A DNA stretch of 64,000 bases from an uncultured bacterium (GTDB lineage Bacteria > Babelota > Babeliae > Babelales > Vermiphilaceae), in NCBI GenBank assembly GCA_963695335.1, contig OY968764.1:448001-512000 (forward strand), written 5' to 3'. The position numbers and the translations under genes are program-made. Below the pieces are notes generated by a model. The model was not told where the DNA came from, did not search any database, and saw only the letters and a list, made by a program, of their open reading frames with translations. Below, piece by piece: positions 10,613 through 20,419 of the stretch (positions within the stretch are counted from its first letter, which is position 1; every line of letters begins with the position of its first letter).

Positions 10613-11119
10613 ATGAAAAAAATAGCAAAATTATGTTTTATCATCATTTTTGTTGTTAATATTACTGTAGCGATGGATAATCAAAAAAGTGCTTTGGATG
10701 TGAGTAAGATGTGGTTGCAATATCCTCATAATGCGCGAGATGAATATGGTAATACTTTTTGGCATCAATTAGCGTGCGGATCAGAACATTTTATAGATTG
10801 GTCGGAAGTTACTATTAAAGAAAAGCTGTTCAAATTTAATCATAACAAATGGACGCCAAATCCTTTTATAGAAAACAAGAATAATAAAACGGCACGGCAA
10901 GAAGTAAAATATGTTTTTAAGAGATCAAAAAATCCGGTTGCTGGATTATTGGTTGTGTATTTAAGACAGCAAGAAGAGAATTTTTTGTATAAAATTGCTG
11001 TAAAAGAGTATCGGGATGCAATGCCTACTTTGCAATATGTAGACTATGAATTAGTAGAATGTTTGCCAATAGATCAGGTTAAATCTCTGGTTATAGGCTA
11101 TGGCGCACAACCAAAGTAG
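10613..11119 (+). CDS. Secreted protein with degenerate ankyrin motifs
   Basis: Signal peptide; DEYGNTFWHQLA; AAGGAG RBS. Confidence 0.65.
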   Translation: MKKIAKLCFIIIFVVNITVAMDNQKSALDVSKMWLQYPHNARDEYGNTFWHQLACGSEHFIDWSEVTIKEKLFKFNHNKWTPNPFIENKNNKTARQEVKYVFKRSKNPVAGLLVVYLRQQEENFLYKIAVKEYRDAMPTLQYVDYELVECLPIDQVKSLVIGYGAQPK

Positions 11120-11244
11120 CTGGAACCCTTTTTGTGGCGAAAATAGCGATAAACAGGACCCCTTTGACGTCTTGCCCTCCTTATATTATACTTATAATAG
11201 AGCTAGAAATAGGCTATTTTTATAGATATATAGGGGGATTTTTT

Positions 11245-11637
11245 ATGAAAACTGTAAAATTGTTATTGATGTTGACGTTAGTTGTTCCTGCTGTTGCAAT
11301 GGATTTAAAGCAATCTCGTAAAGAAGTTATGGACAAAGCTGACAAAGCTTTTTTTGCTGCTATAGAAAATTGTCATAGAAATGATGGTAAGCATAAAGAC
11401 AGAATGTATGAGCTTAAAAACAGAACTTACAATCTTTCAGCTCTTGAAACTCATTTTGTTTTACAACAGCGTCTTGATCAGGCAATAGATAAGTCTAACG
11501 ATTTTCGTGAGTGTGATAATTGTAAAGATGTAGCAGATTTTGCTCATGAGGTTTTGTTGTATACTTTCCTTGATATTAATGAGGGAAAAGGAAATGCGAT
11601 AATTTCTGAACTGAGAGAACTACATATTAATAAATAA
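11245..11637 (+). CDS. Secreted hypothetical protein
   Basis: GGGGG RBS; signal peptide ending AVA-MD. Confidence 0.65.
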   Translation: MKTVKLLLMLTLVVPAVAMDLKQSRKEVMDKADKAFFAAIENCHRNDGKHKDRMYELKNRTYNLSALETHFVLQQRLDQAIDKSNDFRECDNCKDVADFAHEVLLYTFLDINEGKGNAIISELRELHINK

Positions 11638-11767
11638 TTTTTGTTGAGAATAATAAAAGAGGCCTGGAATTTTCCAAGCCTTTTTTTTATGGGCTTTTTT
11701 TGCTCGCAATATCAAAAATCATGGTATACTTATAGCAGAATAATTTTTCAACTACAGGAGTGTACAT

Positions 11768-11974
11768 ATGAGAAATTCAAAAACATTGTTGAAGATGATA
11801 ATCATCGTAATGATCGCAGCTTCTCATGCAGCAAAACATTATAATAATATGCATATCGGTGAGATATTAGCCACCGAATATTGCGATGAAGATGATGAAG
11901 AGGATGAAGAAGAAGTTTTTGAGCGTATGAGTATTATTTGTAGATCTCAGCAGAATAAGAAAAATCGATATTAG
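11768..11974 (+). CDS. Small secreted acidic protein
   Basis: AGGAG RBS, signal peptide, D/E run, downstream terminator. Confidence 0.55.
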   Translation: MRNSKTLLKMIIIVMIAASHAAKHYNNMHIGEILATEYCDEDDEEDEEEVFERMSIICRSQQNKKNRY

Positions 11975-11978
11975 ATAA

Positions 11979-12005
11979 AGGGCCCTTGGAGGGCCCTCTT
12001 TTTTT
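11979..12005. terminator. Intrinsic terminator between convergent genes
   Basis: AGGGCCCT-TGG-AGGGCCCT followed by a T-run. Confidence 0.7.
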
Positions 12006-12009
12006 ATGT

Positions 12010-13260
12010 CTAAAAATCAACAGAGAATATTGCACCAATCATGGGCACAAGGGCAACATTTCTGCCATTAAATGGTAATCGCGCATACAAGTTTAATTCC
12101 GGTCTTACACGTGCATCTGGAAGATGCATCTGAAAGTCATAGGTAAAGCGTGGGATCATATGATGCATGGTGTATGAATCAAGACGCGGGGATGTGTTAG
12201 CGATGTTTGTTGAGAACTCTTGCGTTTTGAGCGCAATTTCATTTTCGCCGCGTTTAAGATATTGATAATAAATAGAGAATGATAATCCTTTCATGAAATT
12301 AAACATTTCAACGTAGAGATTAAATCGTTGCACCAATCCAGAATCGATAAAAGCACATGTTTTTTGTAATAATAAAAGTTCTGTTTGTTGGCGATCTGTT
12401 TTAATGCGGTGCTCACGTGTATGGCCAAAAATTTGTGTTAATTGAACATCAACACCACCTTTAAAATGTGAACCAAGCGTGAGATCAATTCCTAAACCAA
12501 ATGGCATAGAAACTGCACCATCCCAACCAAAAGGAACTGCAAACAGTAAGTTTTCATTTTCACGCAATCCGGTTGGAAATCCAATACCAACGCGCCAGTT
12601 AACACGTACACATTTTAAGAACGGTTTGTTTTGATAAAAATCACGAAACCAATCAACGAGCAATACAAGATCACCTACACCGGAACGCGTCCAAGGTCCA
12701 AGATTAAGACAACCAAGTTGTTGTACATTTTCTGCTAAATTATCAGTTAGTAAGCGATGCACAAGTTTATCAAGATTATCAACATTGGGGGTTAAATCTT
12801 GAAAATTAATATCTTTCAGTTTCATTTGAAAAGCTGGTAAATATAATCCCAAAGACCAATCTTGCGCAAAAAAGAAACGCCCTGCAAATGCAAGATTGTA
12901 CGGCATCTGGAATTCACCACACACATTAAATCTTCCACGAATGCCATTATCACAATCAAGCAGTTCTGAGCGTAACTGCGAAATAGGACTTTCTTTTGGA
13001 AATCCTTCTAACATGGCAAGCGCGTTTTGTTGTCTGTTCCAGATGTGTAATGGATTAACACTGTCTCCATCATCATTAAACCCTTTGGCCTTATGAAATC
13101 CGCCTTCACCATAGAATGCTAATTGCCATCTGCGTTCATTATTAAATGTTGGACGAATTGATGTATCGTATGGCCACATTGAGTTAACAATATTCATGGC
13201 CCAGGTACTATTACTGAGTATCAGTGATATTGAAAGTATTATTTTATTTTTGCGCGTCAT
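12010..13260 (-). CDS. Putative outer-membrane beta-barrel protein
   Basis: Signal peptide, alternating aromatic/hydrophobic strands, C-terminal IFSVDF. Confidence 0.65.
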   Translation of the reverse strand: MTRKNKIILSISLILSNSTWAMNIVNSMWPYDTSIRPTFNNERRWQLAFYGEGGFHKAKGFNDDGDSVNPLHIWNRQQNALAMLEGFPKESPISQLRSELLDCDNGIRGRFNVCGEFQMPYNLAFAGRFFFAQDWSLGLYLPAFQMKLKDINFQDLTPNVDNLDKLVHRLLTDNLAENVQQLGCLNLGPWTRSGVGDLVLLVDWFRDFYQNKPFLKCVRVNWRVGIGFPTGLRENENLLFAVPFGWDGAVSMPFGLGIDLTLGSHFKGGVDVQLTQIFGHTREHRIKTDRQQTELLLLQKTCAFIDSGLVQRFNLYVEMFNFMKGLSFSIYYQYLKRGENEIALKTQEFSTNIANTSPRLDSYTMHHMIPRFTYDFQMHLPDARVRPELNLYARLPFNGRNVALVPMIGAIFSVDF

Positions 13261-13276
13261 TGCCGCATCCTATTTA

Positions 13277-16087
13277 TTATTCTAAAACTTGCGTATTAAA
13301 GTTTCCTGCAGCAATCCAACTCCCTGAAGCTTGGCTGCGTGCAAAATAGTTGATTTCTGTTCCTGATCCAAAATTAATATTTACTAATGAGCTGCGATCA
13401 CCAACGCCAGCAACACCAACGCGTGGTTCAGGTCCAGCAGGCGTTAGTAACGCTATTGGTGGAATATGTACATTTTGATTACGTGTTGCAAAATACAAAG
13501 CTCCATCGGTTGCAAAATTACTTCTAAACTCTCCAAAAGAAAGTAAAAACGACGGAATATTTTTTACAAAAAGATCATCAAAAGCTTGTATAGTTGTAGC
13601 AGTCATTGGTTCAGTTAGACCAAGTGGTTGTACTGCAAATCTATTGATGCGTGATTGATTAAGACCAACATCGGCAGTGAGCACATAGAATTGCCCGCTG
13701 GTACCTTTGGTAATATCTTGTACGCGATTAGTTTGTGTTACACCATAGAGAGCTGTTGGTGCTCCTGCATTTTCTCCGATGGCAACAAGTTGCCACTGAG
13801 CATCTGATTCATCTGCAATAATGCGAATATCCTTACCATCACCAATGCGGAGTAAGTCATCAGTTGTTGCAATAAGTGCTAACGCTTGTGAAAAAATTCC
13901 ATTCAGGAACCCTCCACGTATTGAAACACCGTTATCACCTATTGTCGCGATGGTAGTTACATCGAGCGTGTTAGTTCCAAAATTAGATGTTGCAAGATTG
14001 ATGCGATCAACTCTGTCATGCGCGATAACATATAAAAAGCCACTGTCGCTGATCAGTTTTTTAACAAAGCTGTAATTTCCAACTTGTTTAAACATCATTC
14101 CTGCATTTAAACCAACTAAGTTGTTACTCAATTGCGTTGCGGGGTTCCAACCTGATCCGTCTGGATTAGCAAGTATTGCTAACCCGTTTGATCCACCAAC
14201 AAAAAGCCAACCATTTGTGGCTGTTGCTGCAATTTCTAATGCAGTAATAGGACCAACGTTGTTAAGGTCTCCGCCAGATATAATGACTGTTTTTTCATTA
14301 ACATCGGTTGTGATTGTGCCATTATCAAAACTGATCATGGTATTAAAATCTGGTCCTGCAGTTGGTGTGATAATTCCAGTAACACTGTCTTGTAATCCTG
14401 TTTGCGCCAATACAATAGTACCAATTCCACCAGCAGCAAGAAGTGCAATATTGTGTAACCCTGGTGTATTTGGCAAGAATGTTTGTAATCCTTGTGCTCC
14501 ACCATCGGTTGGAAGTGTGTTATCCAAAATAGTTGTCAGCGGTTGTAAACTTTCTGGTGATCCATTAGACCACACTGTTCTTTTTATTGTGTTAACTGAG
14601 TTAGTATCTGCGCCTGAAGCTAAAATAAAATTGCCATCAAATGGATTGAGTACAGCTGCAAAAATATTATCTGTTGTTCCTGCAGCGCGTTGCCATTGTG
14701 TCCATGATCTGATTTTTCCTGAGGCATCAAAAAGAGCTTGTGAAGAGTATACACCAGGAGTTTCATTGCCAACAAAAGCAAATACCGTATCATTCCGTAC
14801 AATAATATCAACAATGGGTCCTGCAGTTAATAAACCACCACCAACTTGTGCAGCACTATCGGTCGCTTGTGTCATTTCATCTGGTGTTGTTGCTGGTGTG
14901 GTGATAATGCGAGCGGTGATATTCGGAACAGGTGCATTTTTAAATATATTTTGAGGTTGAGCATTTTTTGCAGCAATCATACCTTGCGCATCGCCACTAT
15001 TAACAAGCGGTAACGCAAAAACAGAATTGTTATGTGCAGAGAGATTTCCATTGCCACCAACCATGATGAGATAGTTAAGTGCAGTACTTGTGTACATGGT
15101 GCTGAGTGCATTCACAGAAAGTTGTTGGTTTGCACCAATAACACCAATAATGCTATCAATATTACCTGGAGCAAATGCACTATCAGGTGCGATTGTTTCC
15201 AATGTAATTGCACCATTTTCTATAAATTTAACAGCGGCAATGGAGCGAGCGCCATCAGTAGTACCGTTATTTGCAACAACTGATAATCCAACATAAAGAC
15301 GTTGTAACACAGCATCCCAATGCATGACAGCGTAGTTTTCTATAATTCGCGCGAGTGGGGTAGTGATAAAAAGGGCTGGTGATGTTGGGTCAAGTTGTAA
15401 AGCCTTTTGATCAACGGTTGAACCATTCGTTGCATTAATTTCACCAAAAACTCTTTCTTTTTTTGTGGTTTCTCCTTCTACAGTGTCCATTATTCCGCGT
15501 ACAAGCAGAGCAATACCACTATTTTCTTGACCAAATTCGCCACCATTTGGTTTAACGGCAGCAAATACATGACTTGTGTTATTGGTTGTAAGATCAACAA
15601 TGCCAGGAGAAACGGCACCTGTTGCATCATGAACGTCCATTGATACTACTACGATGGTGTTATTAAACTGATTTATGTTTTCAAAAAGATACACGCGGGC
15701 TGGTCTACTTTCTCCAACAACAACGGGCATATCACGCATCACAAAACCATCTTCTGTTTCAAGCATACCCAGTTGAATGATTTTATCTCCAAAGAGAGGG
15801 TTTTCTATTTCTGGATGGCCATTAAGAGTTATAGTTTGCGGCATGAGTGGCATGAATGCAATTGCACCACGCACTAATCTTGAGAGGGTGAATGGTGCTT
15901 CATCTTGTGTTAAAATTTGGTTTGATGATTCGTAAAAACTACCTGATGAACTAAAAATATTTTTGTTGACGGTGAATGAGAATGTTTGACCTTCTGGTGC
16001 GTTTTTATCACCTTTGATGAGGATTGCACTGTTGAGATGTAGGGTGAGGAGGAGGGTTAATAGTGAGGTTATTATTTTTTTATTCAT
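13277..16087 (-). CDS. Large secreted beta-rich protein (936 aa)
   Basis: Signal peptide; G/T/N-rich beta-type composition; 16 bp upstream of the barrel gene. Confidence 0.7.
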   Translation of the reverse strand: MNKKIITSLLTLLLTLHLNSAILIKGDKNAPEGQTFSFTVNKNIFSSSGSFYESSNQILTQDEAPFTLSRLVRGAIAFMPLMPQTITLNGHPEIENPLFGDKIIQLGMLETEDGFVMRDMPVVVGESRPARVYLFENINQFNNTIVVVSMDVHDATGAVSPGIVDLTTNNTSHVFAAVKPNGGEFGQENSGIALLVRGIMDTVEGETTKKERVFGEINATNGSTVDQKALQLDPTSPALFITTPLARIIENYAVMHWDAVLQRLYVGLSVVANNGTTDGARSIAAVKFIENGAITLETIAPDSAFAPGNIDSIIGVIGANQQLSVNALSTMYTSTALNYLIMVGGNGNLSAHNNSVFALPLVNSGDAQGMIAAKNAQPQNIFKNAPVPNITARIITTPATTPDEMTQATDSAAQVGGGLLTAGPIVDIIVRNDTVFAFVGNETPGVYSSQALFDASGKIRSWTQWQRAAGTTDNIFAAVLNPFDGNFILASGADTNSVNTIKRTVWSNGSPESLQPLTTILDNTLPTDGGAQGLQTFLPNTPGLHNIALLAAGGIGTIVLAQTGLQDSVTGIITPTAGPDFNTMISFDNGTITTDVNEKTVIISGGDLNNVGPITALEIAATATNGWLFVGGSNGLAILANPDGSGWNPATQLSNNLVGLNAGMMFKQVGNYSFVKKLISDSGFLYVIAHDRVDRINLATSNFGTNTLDVTTIATIGDNGVSIRGGFLNGIFSQALALIATTDDLLRIGDGKDIRIIADESDAQWQLVAIGENAGAPTALYGVTQTNRVQDITKGTSGQFYVLTADVGLNQSRINRFAVQPLGLTEPMTATTIQAFDDLFVKNIPSFLLSFGEFRSNFATDGALYFATRNQNVHIPPIALLTPAGPEPRVGVAGVGDRSSLVNINFGSGTEINYFARSQASGSWIAAGNFNTQVLE

Positions 16088-16114
16088 GAGTACTTTTCGA
16101 ATGATTTAATTGTT

Positions 16115-16274
16115 GCGCTTTAACCCTTCAACAAGTTCAGGGTGAGCGCTTTGGGATTAATTCTCTTTTTTAAAGAGCTCTAAAAAGTGCAATAAAGCTT
16201 TGTAGAGGCTGGCGATAGCAAAGAGTGTTTATGCTTCATCGCGCTCACCCTGAACTTGTTGAAGGGTTAAGCGC
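16115..16274. repeat. Family-B REPIN-like inverted pair
   Basis: GCGCTTTAACCCTTCAACAAGTTCAGGGTGAGCGC ... GCGCTCACCCTGAACTTGTTGAAGGGTTAAGCGC. Confidence 0.85.
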
Positions 16275-16463
16275 GTAATTCGTTTTCTATTGCTATAGTG
16301 TACGATTTTTTTTGAAAACTGCCACTGCAATTAATGCATCAAAAGTAACTGTTCTCTCATTATACACATTATAACTATTTCCAATCATCAAGATTTATGA
16401 TATATGTTATTAAATAATAAGTTTTTATTTTTTCTAAATTGTTACATATAAGAAATTTTCAAG

Positions 16464-18002
16464 ATGCATTCAAAAATATTTTCTGCAACAACAGTCGGTG
16501 TTGAAGCTCATTTGGTAGAAGTTGAAGTTGATATCTCTTTTGGTTTAGTCAATTTTTACATTGTTGGATTGCCAGATACTGCAATTAAAGAAAGCAGCAA
16601 ACGTATTTTAACATCGCTTAAAAATGCAGGGTTTAGACTTCCCGCAAAACGTATCACGGTTAATTTGGCTCCAGCTGATTTAAAAAAAGAGGGAACACTG
16701 TTTGATTTACCGATTGCTGTTGGTATTTTGCTTGCTAATGAATCATTAGAAATTTCTCAGGATTTTTTACAAGAGACACTGTTTTTAGGAGAGCTTTCAC
16801 TTGATGGCAGCATTCGCTTTATTAAAGGTGCATTGGCAATTGCATTTGATGCGCACAAATTAGGCAAACGCCGTATTATTGTTCCCAAAGAGAATATGCA
16901 AGAAGCAGCTTTAATTAAAGATTTAGAAGTTATTGGCGTGAGTCATCTGACTGAATTAATTGGATATTTACGTCATGAAATTACACTTGAGCCTGCCAAA
17001 CATACGTTTGATACAACATCTGCTCAACATGATCTGTCTCTTGATTTTTCTCAGGTAAAAGGTCAGCAGATGGCAAAGCGAGCGTTACAAATTGCGGCAG
17101 CGGGGCGACATAATATTTTGTTTATTGGGTCGCCAGGTTCTGGTAAAACTATGCTTGCAAAACGTTTGCAATCTATTATGCCACCAATGACGTTTAATGA
17201 GTTACTCGAAACAAGTAAAATTTATTCCATTACCGGAAAATTAACGAATCACTCATTATTAACGCAACGAGCATTTCGCAGCCCTCATCACACTATTTCT
17301 CAAGCAGGGCTTGTGGGCGGTGGATCATATCCTCAGCCGGGAGAAATTAGTCTTGCGCACAATGGTATTTTATTTTTAGATGAATTGACTGAGTTTAAGC
17401 GTGACACATTAGAAGCGTTGCGTCAGCCATTAGAAAGTAAAACAGTCTCTATATCACGTGTTGCACAAAATGTTTCATTCCCAGCATCGTTTTTACTTGT
17501 TGCTGCTTTGAATCCATGTCCGTGTGGTTTTTTTGGTGATAAAAAACGGCAATGTACCTGTTCACGTCAACAAATTATGAAATACATTAGTAAATTATCA
17601 GGACCGTTATTGGACCGTATTGATTTGCAGGTTCCGGTTCAATCTATTGAATATGATTCTATTAAGGCTACTGGTGATGAACAAAGCAGTGCTTTTTTGT
17701 ATGAAAAAGTTACGATTGCATGTGGAGCACAAGAAAAAAGATTTGGTGGTACGCAGGTCTATAATAATTGTATGACAGCTGAACAAGTGGAAAAATATTG
17801 TATTTTAACTTCTGCTGCAGAAGAGATTATCAGAAAAGCTTTTGATAAGCTTAATTTGAGTATGCGTGGATATCATAAGATTCTGAAAGTTGCGCGTACT
17901 ATTGCTGATTTGGCATCACAAGATATGATTGATGCGACGCATATTCAAGAGGCGATTATGTACCGTTCGCTTGATCAGTATTTGGAAAAAGAAGTACAGT
18001 AG
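16464..18002 (+). CDS. comM: YifB/ComM Mg-chelatase-like AAA+ ATPase
   Basis: VGLPDTAIKES, NLAPADLKKEG, GSPGSGKT, FRSPHHT, NPCPCG. Confidence 0.93.
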   Translation: MHSKIFSATTVGVEAHLVEVEVDISFGLVNFYIVGLPDTAIKESSKRILTSLKNAGFRLPAKRITVNLAPADLKKEGTLFDLPIAVGILLANESLEISQDFLQETLFLGELSLDGSIRFIKGALAIAFDAHKLGKRRIIVPKENMQEAALIKDLEVIGVSHLTELIGYLRHEITLEPAKHTFDTTSAQHDLSLDFSQVKGQQMAKRALQIAAAGRHNILFIGSPGSGKTMLAKRLQSIMPPMTFNELLETSKIYSITGKLTNHSLLTQRAFRSPHHTISQAGLVGGGSYPQPGEISLAHNGILFLDELTEFKRDTLEALRQPLESKTVSISRVAQNVSFPASFLLVAALNPCPCGFFGDKKRQCTCSRQQIMKYISKLSGPLLDRIDLQVPVQSIEYDSIKATGDEQSSAFLYEKVTIACGAQEKRFGGTQVYNNCMTAEQVEKYCILTSAAEEIIRKAFDKLNLSMRGYHKILKVARTIADLASQDMIDATHIQEAIMYRSLDQYLEKEVQ

Positions 18003-18016
18003 GTTTATTTTTTTAA

Positions 18017-18334
18017 CCGTTCGTATATTTCGACCCGACTACGCCAAGGCTTCGTCGGGCGGGCAGGCGTTTACTACTGAGCAACGTTGAAGTATCATCA
18101 CGAATGGGAAGAGATATCTGTTTATCCCCCCCCGCTCGCCCTGAGTGTTTTTGCGAAGCAAAAATGTATCGAAGGGTATGCGGAAAATTAACAAATTAAA
18201 GTTATTTTTATGTTGCACCCTTCGACCCAGCCTTCGTTAAAACTTCGGCGGGCAGGCAAGTCCGCCATAGCCTTGGCGCCGGCGGATACATTTTACTACG
18301 TTATACTTCGTAAAACACTCAGGGCGAGCGGGGG
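18017..18334. repeat. Compound, nested family-A and family-B REP cluster
   Basis: CGCTCGCCCTGAGTGT ... ACACTCAGGGCGAGCG pair with family-A cores inserted after TTCGACC. Confidence 0.8.
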
Positions 18335-18341
18335 ATGATAT

Positions 18342-18725
18342 ATGATCATAGGAATTGGCGTAGACACGGTCGAAATAGAACGCTTTTCTCAATGGAATTC
18401 TTATTCCCAAAAAAAATTATCAAGAATTTTTTCCTTTCAGGAAATTGATTACTGTTTAGAAAAAAGTAATCAATCCGCTGAACGTTTTGCAGTTCGTTTT
18501 GCAGCACGTGAAGCATTATATAAAGCTTTATCGTATGCATTTCCAAATAAAAAAATTCCATTCTTGACGCTTTGTTCAAGCGTATCTATTACAAAAAAAA
18601 ATGAGTTGCCCCATCTTATTATTCATGATGATCTTGGTATTGATACGAGTGGTTTAACTATTCATTTTTCTTTATCTCATTCACGTACTTTAGCAACTGC
18701 TTTTGTGGTGATTGAAAAGAGATAG
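18342..18725 (+). CDS. acpS: Holo-ACP synthase
   Basis: GIGVDTVEIERF, RFAAREALYKA, SLSHS. Confidence 0.92.
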   Translation: MIIGIGVDTVEIERFSQWNSYSQKKLSRIFSFQEIDYCLEKSNQSAERFAVRFAAREALYKALSYAFPNKKIPFLTLCSSVSITKKNELPHLIIHDDLGIDTSGLTIHFSLSHSRTLATAFVVIEKR

Positions 18726-18729
18726 GGGA

Positions 18730-19458
18730 TTAACGTTTTATTGTTTGCAAGTATGCCTTACGCTGCGCTTCTGGAAATTTTTCAATAGCATACCTGAGCA
18801 TTGTTCGTGGCATATCTGATGCATGTGCACCAAGAAAATCGATCAGCTGTTGCGTATCTTTTTTACCAGCTTCACGCAGCATCCAGCCAACACTTTTGTG
18901 AATTAGATCATGTTTATCGTGTAACAGTAATGTGGCAATTTTAAACGTCCACATCAGATCATTGTTGCGAATAAAATACCATGTTGCAACAATTGCAATC
19001 CGGCGTTCCCAGAGATCATGCGATTGTGCTAAAGAGACTAAAACGTCTCTTTTTTTGTTGTATATATGCGCACCAAGAATAAGATGTGCAGATGCATCAA
19101 CCAAGTTCCAATTGTTTACCTGTTTGAGGTTATTCATATATAACTGATATAATGCATCTTTATTGTTTACATCAGCTTTTTGGTATTGATGTACCAAGAT
19201 AATCAAAGCCAATAATCGTTCTTCATTAAATGGTGAAGCTAGCAGTTGTTCAATGTCATCAGATGATATATCTAAAAATTGTTTTGCGATAAGGCGTATT
19301 GTGGGTACAGTGACACCCATGAACTGATCGTGGGCGGCATAACTGTCTGCATCTGTTTTAAAAAAATAGCTGCGCTTTTTTTCTGGAATAGTTGCCGATG
19401 CTTGTAGTAGGGCGCGGATTTCATTCACTTTATGTGTCATAATGTGTTGCTTTTTCAA
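18730..19458 (-). CDS. DNA alkylation repair protein (AlkD-like)
   Basis: NNWNLVD, LWERRIAIVAT, DLIHKSVGWMLREAGK, MPRTMLRYAIEK. Confidence 0.9.
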   Translation of the reverse strand: MKKQHIMTHKVNEIRALLQASATIPEKKRSYFFKTDADSYAAHDQFMGVTVPTIRLIAKQFLDISSDDIEQLLASPFNEERLLALIILVHQYQKADVNNKDALYQLYMNNLKQVNNWNLVDASAHLILGAHIYNKKRDVLVSLAQSHDLWERRIAIVATWYFIRNNDLMWTFKIATLLLHDKHDLIHKSVGWMLREAGKKDTQQLIDFLGAHASDMPRTMLRYAIEKFPEAQRKAYLQTIKR

Positions 19459-19963
19459 AATCTAAAAGCCATTGTTTGCGGTTAATTCCACCTGCGTACC
19501 CACCAAGTTTACCGTTGCCATTGATAACACGGTGACAAGGAATAATAATAGCAAGTTGATTTGCTCCATTAGCATTTGCTACAGCTCTAAAAGCTGATGC
19601 ATTACCAATACTTTTCGCCTGTTCACCATAACTTTTAGTGTGACCGTAAGGAATAGTTTGTAATGCTTTCCAGACTGATTGTTGGAATGGGGTTCCCATC
19701 AGATGAATTGGTGTTTTGAATTGTTGTAATGTACCATCAAAATATGCAGCAAGCTCTTTTTGTATTGATTCAATGGGCGCTGTGCTTCCGGCAACAATAG
19801 TCACATTTTTTGCAAAGCAGAGTTTTTCTATTTCACGATCTACTCCGCGACCATCAACAAATTCCAAAAGATATAAAGATTGTTCATCTGCGATTGCTAT
19901 CATGGTGCCAAGTGGAGTTGTGAATGAAGATGATGTAAGTGTAATTGGATTTTTTTGATTCAT
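19430..19963 (-). CDS. ogt: Methylated-DNA--protein-cysteine methyltransferase
   Basis: GTPFQQSVW, RAVANANGAN, IPCHRV active site. Confidence 0.93.
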   Translation of the reverse strand: MNQKNPITLTSSSFTTPLGTMIAIADEQSLYLLEFVDGRGVDREIEKLCFAKNVTIVAGSTAPIESIQKELAAYFDGTLQQFKTPIHLMGTPFQQSVWKALQTIPYGHTKSYGEQAKSIGNASAFRAVANANGANQLAIIIPCHRVINGNGKLGGYAGGINRKQWLLDFEKATHYDT

Positions 19964-20056
19964 GGTAATACGAATTCTGGTGTGTTAGGGTTGAATTGAT
20001 CTATGTTCAGTATAGTGGATTTAATAGTACTTTGCACTGTAAAAAAAGGAGATTGC

Positions 20057-20419
20057 ATGAAATCTGTTATAGTGTCATTGGCATTAATAAGCATCTGTTT
20101 TTCAGGTAGCATATATTCTATGGAAGAGCAAGATAATACCAAAGCCATCAATAATGCAATAAAGGCACAGAAGTTATATGAAAAAGGACAAGAAGCTATT
20201 GTAAAAATGGGAGCTAGTATGGTATTTACGTGTTGTCCTGATCGAGAAAGTTATTTAATGCATGAGGCAACAGAAAAAAGTAAAATTAATGATCTTTTTT
20301 GTAAAAGTAGGCGTCGTATTCGAGATGTACTCAATGATATAAATGCAGATGAAGTTACAAAGAAAACTGTGTTAGATATAGAGAAAAAAATTGATGCAAT
20401 ATCATGGGCGAGTAAGTAA
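20057..20419 (+). CDS. Secreted hypothetical protein
   Basis: AAGGAG RBS; signal peptide ending IYS-MEE. Confidence 0.65.
   Translation: MKSVIVSLALISICFSGSIYSMEEQDNTKAINNAIKAQKLYEKGQEAIVKMGASMVFTCCPDRESYLMHEATEKSKINDLFCKSRRRIRDVLNDINADEVTKKTVLDIEKKIDAISWASK

Noticed and set aside
13821..15296. Long plus-strand ORFs within 13277-16087, and similar shadow ORFs elsewhere
   Set aside because: Antisense or out-of-frame shadows of well-supported genes
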